Assembly: GCF_964355755.1 (NCBI RefSeq)
Contig: NC_092672.1
Location: 37,392,437 to 37,456,436, forward strand
DNA from: Antedon mediterranea
Taxonomy: Eukaryota > Animalia > Echinodermata
Direction: 5' to 3'
DNA length: 64,000 nucleotides
Shown: positions 1-38,900 of the stretch, one piece after another
Layout of the letters: every line of letters starts with the position of its first letter
Numbering within the stretch: the first letter of the stretch is position 1
Translations under genes and position numbers: made by a program
The notes under the pieces: generated by a model
What the model was told of the DNA's origin: nothing
Database searches by the model: none
Seen by the model: the letters and a program-made list of their open reading frames with translations, nothing else

Positions 1-136
1 ATGTTGATAATACCAAAAAATAAACAGATAAAGGGTTCCTCCCACCTGCTCTCTAAATTATGAAATTTACAATGCAATAGATAGAACACTAGGTTCAGTT
101 CAGCACTTCTTTTTACCATTTTTAGGCCATGAAGAC

Positions 137-163
137 ATATATATATATATATATATATATATA
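137..163. repeat. (TA)n microsatellite
   Basis: Direct reading. Confidence 0.9.
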
Positions 164-176
164 AGACATTGTATTA

Positions 177-23253
<23,077 letters not shown>

Positions 23254-23440
23254 TTTGCTGCTTATCGTTTTAATGTTTTTCTGGTCACACCCCCTCTATC
23301 GGGTTGTTTCATTAGTAGGCGTTTATTTATCTTTTAAGATACACGTGTGCGATTGTTTTTATTTTGTGTTGAAAAGGGTATTTCCCAAACTCAACTCGTT
23401 CTCCTTCCTAGAAAAGAAAAAAACAGAAAAACGTGGGAAA
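23254..23440. promoter_or_regulatory. Bidirectional promoter / shared 5' region of PI4KA and ASPDH
   Basis: Divergent start codons at 23253(-) and 23441(+), 187 bp apart; locally CpG-containing, with an E-box CACGTG near 23342. Confidence 0.7.
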
Positions 23441-26107
<2,667 letters not shown>

Positions 26108-26981
26108 CTTCTTGGATGATGAAAATATTACAAGTAGAATATTACAAGAAAACGTTATATTGAATAAAACCATTTAATAATTTTATTATCTACAGATTTA
26201 TACAGGGTTATACAAACATATTGATGATATGAATGAAATCTATTAGCAGGAACGTCAATCAATTGATGAAAATATTAGACTGAGCTTTCTAAAACAAAGT
26301 AAATATTTATTTTAATGAATTTTATGTTTGACACCTCCAATATGATATACTATATTTAGGGAAGTTGAAGATATTACAAACAGAGAACAAGTTTTATTTT
26401 AATAATTATGATGTAATATCATGTTCCACACATCCAATACAATATTATTATTCTTATATCATTTTGATTTGTTTTTTAATTTTAATTATGAATACTTTTT
26501 TAGTGAAATTTGTGTTACTGGGTATTAACAATACTAGTCTTAAATAAATAATGAGATATGTTCCTCACACATCACATTCACTTCCAAATTGCTATTAAAT
26601 TATCGAAAAAAATTAAATTGACTTATGGAATGTATTTTACCTACAAGTATGTCTATTTTATACTTATATATATTTTGGTATATCTTTTTTAAAAAAGTAC
26701 AAGGCATAATGTTATTAAAAAGCTTAAAATGAATGATGACAGTATTGTATTTTAATTGTAATTTTAAAGTCCATACATATATAATAAAAGCAAAGATCAA
26801 CAAAAATGCAAAAGTGAAAAACACTCTTTATGCGTAAAATGTGTTATTCATTTAGTTAAACAAAATTAGGCAACTAAAGAAAACGAAACAAAAATGGGAA
26901 GGGTAATTATACAGATACTAAGTACTGTACACATTACAAACTTAACATTACAAACAAAAAATCTAATTACAAATCATTCTA

Positions 26982-29900
26982 CTATTTTTCTGGTGAATCC
27001 GAAATAACATTATTTATTTCTTCATTGTTTATTACTAGCGCTGGCACGTCACAATTTGATATTCCATCTTTTGTTGAGTATCCATTTGTTTCATTGTTGA
27101 AAGGTTTGTCATCAACCTAAAAAGTAAATAATTCTGTTGTATAGATATTCTATTTATGTAAAGCTCTGTCTACACTATCAAATATGGTAGTGATATTATC
27201 ATGTCCTTATATGGGCACATCACATTTTTTTGTCACATAAAGTTTGATAGTGTAGACAGAGCTAAAACAGTGCTATTATAACCAATGTTTGGTAAAATGC
27301 AGTCTCAATTCCCTTCTTGGAACATACTTCACAATAAAGGGCTAGACCAAAGCACAGACTAATTTTACTTTGCAAGGATATATATAATTTTGAACAGTTT
27401 TATAAGTAATTGTTTGCATAATATGTTATGTTTAACTCTAATTTAGGGATAAACACGAGAAAAGTAATCTCTATATTTAACCCTTTGTAATATTTTGCAA
27501 GTACTGTACTACTGTATGTTATGATGGTAAACTGTATATTATTTTTTTTATGAAAGATGAATAAAACAAGGTTTAAAAATAAATGGCTTGTGAAATCAAT
27601 TTATTTGTTTAAAAGTTCAAAATGGCTCAGGTATTAAATACTATTTTTTACTATAACCTAGGATATATACTGTATTAGTTGGTATTTTACTAGTTAAAGC
27701 TCTGTCTACACTATCAAACTTTATGTGACAAGAAAATGTGATGTGCCCATATATGAACATGATGATGTCATATCACTACCATATTTGGGCACATCACACC
27801 TTTGTTGTCAAACTAGTTTGATAGTGTAGACAGTGCTTTATACATTATTTATATTATCAAATAATGTTTAAAAAGAATATATTAATTGAAAGGTTTGTTT
27901 ATAATATAAATGCAATAAATAGGTTATGACATGACTTTAAAGTACTTAATTCCTTTTTCAAAGAAAACTACAATATACAGTTGTTAGCATGTCCTTTTGC
28001 TCTCTTTATGATTTAAGAATAAATAAGTAGAAGAACATGACTAGTATACAGTATAATACACAAGAAATATAACAAGAAAAGCCTGGCACACCATACAGTA
28101 GGAGCAAGTAAAGATTGTTGATGTTCATCGCCATCACACACTATAATGATCACGCATGACAATGGACAGCCTATTACATTAAACTCTGTCTACACTATCA
28201 AACTTACAAAAAATGCCCATACTATATATGGACATGATGATGTCATATATGGGGCCTTTTTATCAGAGATTTGTGTTGTTTTTGTGTTTTTGTAGCTCTT
28301 ACCTATGTTGGTGCAATTTTTCTGTGTTTTTTTACTGTTTTATTTATATACATGATATGCACCAGTTTTCAAAACAAATTTCTGTTAATTTATTTTTAAT
28401 GGACAATAAAGATACTATGACTACGACAATACAATACTACCATATTTGGGCACATCACACTTTTTTGTTGAATTATTTTTATGAAGACAGAGCTTTAGAT
28501 TGGTCAGGTTTGTGGAGTTATACCACAGAGTGAGACTAAATCTAACTGAATCAGTAGGCTAATAAAATGTGTTAATAAAACATCCTTTTGTTTTAGCATA
28601 AACCATTAATATTGCAACCGATAGATAGGATAGCAGTTTTGTTTCTTTTCTGTCAGCTTTTGCTAATTTAGCTTTTTTGCAGCAGAAATCAAACAACCAT
28701 ACTGTACCTGTCTTATCATCATTCTACCAGTGACCACTAAGTACCTTTTGTTTGATGTATAACTGTTCCATTGCGTCAAGATATTTAGGGGTGAACACAC
28801 CCTCTCCTCTGTGACACGTTAATGGCCTTGCCCTGGGTTGGATAGGTCTTGCCAGCCCGATTGGTCTGTTTAGTTCTTCTCGTTTTCGTCGCTTCTCTTC
28901 AGAATTTTTTTCTGCTGCTGATAGTTTGACCATTGCCTCCTATATTATATTGTTTAATACAATTAAAATCTCTACAACCGTATTTTGAATGTTAAAAGGC
29001 TGGTTTTTGGTCATTAAAAACATGCTAGTTATAGGCATATTTATAGCTGTTTGTAGACCAATTAATAAATGTCAAATAAAACAATTACTGTCCTATCTGT
29101 GTTATGAATCGGAGTTCCATGCTTGCTAAAGTTTGGTTCCCAATAGGACGTAACACAACAACAACACATAACTCTTTCTGAAGCTCTGTCTACACTATCA
29201 AACTTTATGTCAACAAAAAAATCTTATATGCCCATATATGTACCTGATGATGTCATATCACTACCATATTTGTATCACACTTTTTTTTGTCAAAGTAGTT
29301 TGATAGTGTAGGCAGAGCTTTATGATTGTTCAAACTGTTACTTTGCATGCTAGTGGGAACCAAGCTTATGAGATTTGTTAAGCAGCCTGAGCAGCAGCAA
29401 CCCATGTGATTACAATCCATTTAAGCCCTGTCTACACTATCAAACTTTATGTGACAAGAAAATGTTATGTGCCTATATATAGACATGATGATTTCATATC
29501 ACTACCATATTTGGGCACCTCACTTTTTTTGTCAAACTAGTTTGATAGTGTAGACAGAGCTTTATAGCACCTTACCTTTAGTTTGTTGTCTGCATCAATC
29601 CTCTTTTCTTCAAGATCTTCCAGCTTCATCCTCTCTTCTTCCAGAACTCTAGCTTGCTCTAACCTCTGTATTTCCAGCTCTTCACTTCGTTGTTCCAAAT
29701 TCTCTCTTCTTTCCCTCTCCTCTTTTAACATTTTCTCTTGTTCTTCTTTCAATCTCTCAAGTTGTTCTCTCTTTTCAGATTCTTCATCAAGTAATCTTTC
29801 AACAAAGAACAATTATTTAAATGTAAAACAATCTCAAAATTTCAATTTTGTTCTAAATTTAAGTAAATGCCAATTTATCATTCTGGTTGTTACAGACAAA

Positions 29901-32900
29901 AATATCTGAAAGCATGCTGTAATGTTGCTAAAAATAAATTTGTATAGCTCACCTGGCCTGGACAGCTCGTACTATTTCTTCATCTCTTTTTGCTTGTTTT
30001 TCACTTTGTAGTAAATCTTCTAAGTCTTTATTTAACAACTCCAGTTCTTCTCTTCGTCGTTGCTCGGCAAGTTTCTGTTCTTCCTCCATTTGTGCTCTTT
30101 TCTCAGCATCCTCCATTCCCTAAAAACACAGTTAAAATATATAAACAATTGCGCTGTCAAATTCTATATAACTGACACAAAGTTCCTTCTAAATATTTTT
30201 TTTTTTTTTTTAACATTAGCTGAAATAATTAAGTAGTAACTTACTAAACGAACTTCATTGAGCTGCTCTTCTTTTCTTTTTAATTCCTCTAGATATTCAT
30301 TTGTTTTTCTCATTTCTTCTTCTTCTTTTTGTTTTCTTAATTCTTGTTCCTGTTCAAGTTTCTTTTCAGCTTCTGCTCTTTCCTGCAAAACATTTTAGAA
30401 TAATTAAAAAACCCTCTAGAGTGCTGTAAAGCACCGCTATCGCTATTTAAAAATAACAACTTACCGTTTGAATTCTAGCCAACTCCTGTGCTTGTTTTTC
30501 CTTTTCTTCTTTCAGAATACTTTGTTTTTCCTCTTCTTCTAATTCTTTTAAATGCCTCTTTTCAGCTTCTTCCTTTGCCCTTCGTTCTGCTTCTTCAACC
30601 GCCTTAAATGGAAAATGGATATTAATTCTGAGAGATGCAACTATAAACTACTAATTGTAGTACCACTCTTTAGTACCAACAATTGTCATATCATCATCAA
30701 CAACATATAGATCATTACAGGCATAACCAGCATATGCACCAATACACAGTATTCATCTTCACCAATACACAGTATTCATCTTCACCAATACACAGTATTC
30801 ATCTTCACCAATACACAGTATTCATCTTCACCAATACACAGTATTCATCTTCACCAATACACAGTATTCATCTTCACCAATACACAGTATTCATCTTCAC
30901 CAATACACAGTATTCATCTTCACCAATACACAGTATTCATCTTCACCAATACACAGTATTCATCTTCACCAATACACAGTATTCATCTTCACCAATACAC
31001 AGTATTCATCTTCACCAATACACAGTATTCATCTTCACCAATACACAGTATTCATCTTCACCAATACACAGTATTCATCTTCACCAATACACAGTATTCA
31101 TCTTCACCAATACACAGTATTCATCTTCACCAATACACAGTATTCATCTTCACCAATACACAGTATTCATCTTCACCAATACACAGTATTCATCTTCACC
31201 AATACACAGTATTCATCTTCACCAATACACAGTATTCATCTTCACCAATACACAGTATTCATCTTCACCAATACACAGTATTCATCTTCACCAATACACA
31301 GTATTCATCTTCACCAATACACAGTATTCATCTTCACCAATACACAGTATTCATCTTCACCAATACACAGTATTCATCTTCACCAATACACAGTATTCAT
31401 CTTCACCAATACACAGTATTCATCTTCACCAATACACAGTATTCATCTTCACCAATACACAGTATTCATCTTCACCAATACACAGTATTCATCATCACCA
31501 ATACACAGTATTCATCTTCACCAATACACAGTATTCATCTTCACCAATACACAGTATTCATCTTCACCAATACACAGTATTCATCTTCACCAATACACAG
31601 TATTCATCTTCACCAATACACAGTATTCATCTTCACCAATACACAGTATTCATCTTCACCAATACACAGTATTCATCTTCACCAATACACAGTATTCATC
31701 TTCACCAATACACAGTATTCATCTTCACCAATACACAGTATTCATCTTCACCAATACACAGTATTCATCTTCACCAATACACAGTATTCATCTTCACCAA
31801 TACACAGTATTCATCTTCACCAATACACAGTATTCATCTTCACCAATACACAGTATTCATCTTCACCAATACACAGTATTCATCTTCACCAATACACAGT
31901 ATTCATCTTCACCAATACACAGTATTCATCTTCACCAATACACAGTATTCATCTTCACCAATACACAGTATTCATCTTCACCAATACACAGTATTCATCT
32001 TCACCAATACACAGTATTCATCTTCACCAATACACAGTATTCATCTTCACCAATACACAGTATTCATCTTCACCAATACACAGTATTCATCTTCACCAAT
32101 ACACAGTATTCATCTTCACCAATACACAGTATTCATCTTCACCAATACACAGTATTCATCTTCACCAATACACAGTATTCATCTTCACCAATACACAGTA
32201 TTCATCTTCACCAATACACAGTATTCATCTTCACCAATACACAGTATTCATCTTCACCAATACACAGTATTCATCATCACCAACATCTTCAGTTTCTCTT
32301 ACCCCTTTCATGTCATTAAGTTCTTCTTCTCTCTTTTTCAATTCTTCCAAATCATCTTGTCTTCTCTTTTCCTCTTCCAACTCTCGTTTTCTTCTCATTT
32401 CTGCCGCTGCTTCAGCTTGGTTCATTGTTTTCTCATGCTCCTAAGAAAAGTAGAAACAAAAATGAAATTCTCCAATAAAATATCAAATTTGGAAAGGCAA
32501 AACAAACCGTTGATATGTCAACAATATCACTAAACAGTCTTCCTTACTAGTAGTAATGCAGCCATTTGTTCTTCTAACAGCTCTTTATCTTTTGCCATCT
32601 TCTCTCTTCTTGCTGTTTCTTCTTCGTCCATCTTCTTTCTCTTCTCAGCTTCCTCTTCCGCTTCTCTTTCTTTCTCCTCTAAGCGCTAAATATGGAATGA
32701 CAATAAATTAGGTATAAGCCGTAGGCCATTTTTCTGACTTTGATAAAAACAACTGTTTATTTAGGTGGGTTTATGAATGTGGACCAACATTTAGATTTGT
32801 GTGCATAAAATAACAGTTTGGAGGTGGGCTTGATATATAATATATTATTTCTAAATTATTTATTAAAACAAATCGATTTATGACTGCAATAAAACATTGA

Positions 32901-35900
32901 TCGTTTGTAAACATAAACAAAACCTTCTAATGGAGTACGTTATATTTAAAATAGATTATCACAAACACAGACACTTTCAGTATCAGTCTCAATGTTATAT
33001 ATTAAAAGCAGCAAAAGACATTACCTTTTTCATTAATTCTATTTCTTCATCTTTCTGTCGTTGCTTTTCTTCCACCTCTTTTTGTTGGTTTCTTATTTTT
33101 ATTCTTTCTTGTTGTCGTTCTTGAGCACCTTGTAAAATCATTGAGCAGTCCTCCACTTGCAAGCGTTTCAAAACTAAATTTATAGCTGTAATGGAAACAT
33201 CAATGTTATTCTTCATTTTTAATATTTATTACACATATACAGTATACTATATAGTCAGGTTAAAAGAGGTATTCCGTGTGCAATTTGTGGTGAAAGTTGG
33301 CAACTTGTCTAAATATCTTTAGCCATTTTTTGACTAAATGTTGTATTAGAGTGAATATAAATATATATGTTGTGAATTATTTGATACTAAAATGAAACCT
33401 GTAACACCAGCCATTACAAAGATATAAGCTATTTGAATATTTAGGCCGCCATCTTTAAAAGGCCCATAAAAGACCCCCCACGAGGTTACAGATTGGGCAA
33501 CAACGATTTTCTGGTTTATTTTGACCCACTAAAGATATTTAGACTAGTTGCCAACTTTCACCACAAATTGCACACGGGACCCTATTTTATGACATCTTTT
33601 AACCCGACTAATACAACAATTAAAAAAATATAGCCTGCAATACTATACAAAATGTAGAGATTTTTCTTTTGGTGTCAAATACATTTTTAGAGCAGACTTA
33701 AAATTGTTTATTGATACCGCATTTCTTTGTTTAGAGGGCAGCATATTCAGGTAGGTTGATTCTCTATAGATAAAACTGTTTTTAAATGTTTCAATTTACA
33801 GGAAAGGGACGACAAATTTCCTCCGTCATCACTGTGGTATGACGACATTCACAGATTTTAATATAATCATTTTAATATGTGTTATGATATATAAATACAT
33901 CAATTGGTTTCTAAAGGTAATTGACTTAATTTGACCTCGGAAGTAAATGTTGCAATGTATATTAATAGCAAGTGATACTGTCAAAGCAGTAGGGGTCTGT
34001 AATGGAGTCACACCACTCCACCTATAAGACATCGACATATAAGGACTGAAACTCCAAAAATAAACAAACTAAATCCAAGGCTTAAGAGAATACCAGACAG
34101 CTTGTGTAATATAATAATTGATTCATATGCTTTGGAAGGAAAATTAATCATCAAAACAATATCAGTAAATTTTAATTTATTAAATATAATGATATAAGTA
34201 TCAATAATCATTTACTTTTTATGACATTTTCTTCAAATTTTAAGTTTATTGTTCCAGTGACAACATGTAATAGAAACTACTACATAATAAGTATTTTAAT
34301 GTCCATACCTGAAACCCATTCCTGTCTTTCTCGCCGATCGCTTGCACTAAACTCATAACTAGTTTTCTCATTCGTTGACTTCTCATCTTTGTAAAGACGG
34401 AACATGTTCTTGTATTTTCCATCATCTATCAACTGAAAATACCACAACTATTAAATAATGGTTTTCCCACTTATTTTTAAATTTAAACTGTTTTTTCCCT
34501 ACTATGACTTTAAATACAATATTAAAAATAAACAAGTTGAAAAGGTTTTAGTTCCAGAAATCAATGTATCTTGTAATAAAAAATAAATGAGAAACAATAA
34601 AAATTCATTGTATTTTTAGGGATTAAGAAAAAACCACAACTACAGATATTGATACCCAAGCATTTGTCAGCAATTTTTCTTTTGTTTTACACACATGCAG
34701 TTTTATAGTAAGACAAAACAATTGTAGTTCAGACAGTTACTCTGAGTGTCTGTGTTTTCAATTAATTACTTACAACATTAATTGCTTAACATTAGTAATA
34801 ATATGATAAAGCAACACTGACATAATAATACCAGTATTACTTCCTCTTAGGTGTGGGATGGTTAACAACTGGCCTGGAACAATTGAATACTATCTGAATG
34901 TACTTGTACTGTACAAATACACTTTACTTTGACATGGTAAATATACCATGAACTATGCTCTCTAAATACTGTTATTGTATATTTATAGTTTCACTTTTAT
35001 GATTTTGAAACATACATATTAATAGTAGGCCTAATACAGTATAATCTGGTTAATAATGTACCCCTTTAACATTTCCTAGCTAAACCATAGAGTAAAGCTA
35101 AACGCCACTAATATGCGCATTTTTGTGTGGTGTTCGCATTTTGTGTGGTGTACAATTTTTGTGTGGTGTGCGCATTTTATGTGGTGTGCAATTTTTGTGT
35201 GGTGTGCGCATTTTGTGTGGTGTGCGCATTTTATTTGGGGTGCGCATTTTGTGTGGTGTGCATATTTTGTGTGGTGTGCATATTTTGTGTGGTGTGCGCA
35301 TTTTGTGTGGTGTGCGCATTTTGTGTGGTGTGCGCATTTTATTTGGGGTGCGCATTTTGTGTGGTGTGCATATTTTGTGTGGTGTGCGCATTTTGTGTGG
35401 TGTGCGCATTTTGTGTGGTGTGCATATTTTGTGTGGTGTGCGCATTTTGTGTGGTGTGCGCATTTTGTGTGGTGTGCATATTTTGTGTGGTGTGCGCATT
35501 TTATTTGGGGTGCGCATCTTGTGTGGTGTGCATATTTTGTGTGGTGTGCGCATTTTGTGTGGTGTGCATATTTTGTGTGGTGTGCGCATTTTGTGTGGTG
35601 TGCGCATTTTGTGTGGTGTGCATATTTTGTGTGGTGTGCGCATTTTGTGTGGTGTGCATATTTTGTGTGGTGTGCGCATTTTGTGTGGTGTGCGCATTTT
35701 GTGTGGTGTGTGCATTTTGTGTGGTGTGCATATTTTGTGTGGTGTGCGCATTTTATTTGGGGTGCGCATCTTGTGTGGTGTGCATATTTTGTGTGGTGTG
35801 CGCATTTTGTGTGCTGTGCGCATTTTGTGTGGTGTGCATATTTTGTGTGGTGTGCGCATTTTATTTGGGGTGCGCATTTTGTGTGGTGTGCGCATTTTGT

Positions 35901-38900
35901 GTGGTGTGCGCATTTTGTGTGGTGTGCGCATTTTGCGTGGTGTGCGCATTTTGCGTGGTGTGCGCATTTTCTGTGGGTGCGCATTTTGTGTGGTGTGCAT
36001 ATTTTGTGTGGTGTGCGCATTTTATGTAGTGTGCATATTTTGTGTGGTGTGCGCATTTTATGTGGTGTGCGCATTTTGTGTGGTGTGCGCATTTTATGTG
36101 GTGTGCGCATTTTGTGTGGTGTGCGCATTTTGTGTGGTGTGCGCATTTTGTGTGGTGTGCGCATTTTGCGTGGTGTGCATATTTTGTGTGGTGTGCGCAT
36201 TTTGTGTGGTGTGCATATTTTGTGTGGTGTGCGCATTTTATGTGGTGTGCATATTTTGTGTGGTGTGCGCATTTTGTGTGGTGTGCGCATTTTGTGTGGT
36301 GTGCGCATTTTATGTAGTGTGCGCATTTTGCGTGGTGTGCGCATTTTGCGTGGTGTGCGCATTTTGTGTGGTGTGCATATTTTGTGTGGTGTGCGCATTT
36401 TATGTGGTGTGCATATTTTGTGTGGTGTGCGCATTTTGTGTGGTGTGCATATTTTGTGTGGTGTGCGCATTTTATGTGGTGTGCATATTTTGTGTGGTGT
36501 GCGCATTTTGTGTGGTGTGCGCATTTTGTGTGGTGTGCGCATTTTGTGTGTTGTGCCCACTCCGGTGTGTGTCAACTCTAGGGTATGAAGCATTATTATT
36601 GTATTTTTTATTATCTTCAAAAGAAAGCTATTCAGTATTCTTTTCCTCTTGTTCAAAACCAACATCCTCTAAAGCAACATCCTCTAAACCAACATCCTCT
36701 AAAGCAACATCCTCTAAACCAACATCCTCTAAACCAACATCCTCTAAAGCTCTCTATATACTATCAAATTTTATGTGACAAAAAAATGTGATGTGCCCAT
36801 ATATGGATATTTTATGTCATATCACTACCATATTTGGGCATATCTCTACCATATTTGGGCACATCACAGTTGTTTTGTCAAACTAGTTTGATTTGATAGA
36901 CAGAGCTTAATATTAGTTGGCAGTAGGCCTATTCAATGGTAACATTAATGCTGTCAATTTTATTTTATTTTATTTTATTCAATCAAAACCAACAGCGATA
37001 AATACCGCCACTAACAGGTTTGAAACATAAAACAATACAACATCAAAAACGGTTAACAATAAAATACAGATAAAATATATATATATATATATAAAAAACA
37101 TAGATTGGCATGCCATAAAAAATTTCAATTAAAACAGGTTATGCAGACTGTTCAAGAAGTGAACACATCATCGTCCTCTTAAAATAACCAAGTCTATCAT
37201 TAAAAATATCGATATGATGGCCAATTTATTGGTAAAATCGATAGAAAATATTGAAATAATGACAAAACAGGAAATAAATGTGCCCATGGCCAGGGTGCAA
37301 CAACACAAATCACAATATTTTCATAGAAATTGTTGTAAAGGGAGCAAACAAACATGCAATTCTATCTTATCTCGACGTGAAAAAAAACCATTGTACTTAA
37401 GTACAATCAACTTTCTTATTGTGTTGGAAACATTATAGACATTATTATTAGGCCTGCTTTGAAAAGTAGCTGGCTATGATGAATACAATACAAGGTTACT
37501 ACATGTGTTATTTACTTATAAGTACTGTAGTTGATTAATCTTGGTAAAATTAAAACTCAAGGATACACTGCACTACACTCAAGATCAAGGTAAATCTTGG
37601 CCTGATAAGAAATCAGAAAGAAAAGAAAAAAAATAAAGAAAAAAATAAGGAAAAGACTTAAAGAAAGAAAGAAAGAAAATGCCAAGAAAGAAAAGAAAGA
37701 AAATACAGAGAATTAAGTATCTTTCCTCAGAGCAACACACAAAAAACAAAACTCTGTCTACACTATCAAACTGGTTTAAGAAAAAAATAAGGAAGAGACT
37801 CAAGAAAGAAAGTAAGACAGAGCTTCAGATACATTATTAAAATCTCAAAAAATTAAGAAATTTTTTTTATCAATAATGAGCTTATGTTTAAAATCTGATC
37901 TGATTAGACTAATTTTAAAGGTATTTTGATTCTCTGGTACCAGGAACATATTAAAAGAAACATCAACTACAATTATCTTGTTTGTTTATGATCATTATAC
38001 ACAAGAAGTAATAAGTAATAATAATGGACACACCTATAAAGTAAATGTGCAATTTATACTGGCAGGTGAATTCAAACAATTAGTGTTTATTAAACTACAA
38101 TTATACATTATGTTTATGTAAAAATCCCTGTCATTATTATTATGTACACAAAATACTGTGCAAGCGCTCGACTCTTTCTACAGCGAACGTCTTGCATCAC
38201 CAACCATCCTCTTCATAAGGACATTATCGGCTCCGTTATAGTTAGAAGTGGTAGGATGAGGACGGTGAATGCGCAGACGTACCGTTACAAGTACTCGTTC
38301 TACCCAGCTGGGATAAGGCATTATAACAAAACATTTGTTAGATAGTCCCCGTTATATTTATATTTATTTTAGGCAAGCCAAGGCTTATGAGCACTGTAAT
38401 TTCCATTATTATTTTGGACAATAAATGAATCTGTATCTGTATCTGTACTTTGGAAATGAGAAATATTATTTAAATTAATAGTACCTTGATACAAGTATAT
38501 TTAATGTTTTATATGCTTACATATGTTACCATTGTGTTTCTCTAACAGACCATTGATAGAAGACAAATAAAAGCCAAGGACAACAAATCATTTTACCTCC
38601 CACTAATTTCAACTCTTAAAGTTTGAAAGTTAAATATTTATACTTCATTGGTTATTAAACCTATCTAAGTTCCCATTTTCAAACTTTGCTACGCACGGTT
38701 TTATCGAATGAATTAGAAGCCCTTCGGAGGTGTTCAGTTCAAAGAATCCATGTATCAACATGTCAAAAAGAAAGGAGTTGTGGGGGTATCTACCCAGAAT
38801 ACCATGCCAATGACCAATGAACTACTGTTTGTAGACAGTTAAAATGTACTAATTATATAGAAATGGGACATACCTCAACTTTCCAAAGTGGCGTTAAAAC

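Noticed and set aside
30683-32533. 616-aa ORF on the plus strand
   Set aside because: Translation of the 23-bp satellite, whose unit has no stop on this strand; antisense within a SWAP70-like intron.
35076-36778. Several 300-550-aa Cys/His-rich ORFs on both strands
   Set aside because: All are readings of the stop-free 18-bp satellite; no unique coding context or splice support.
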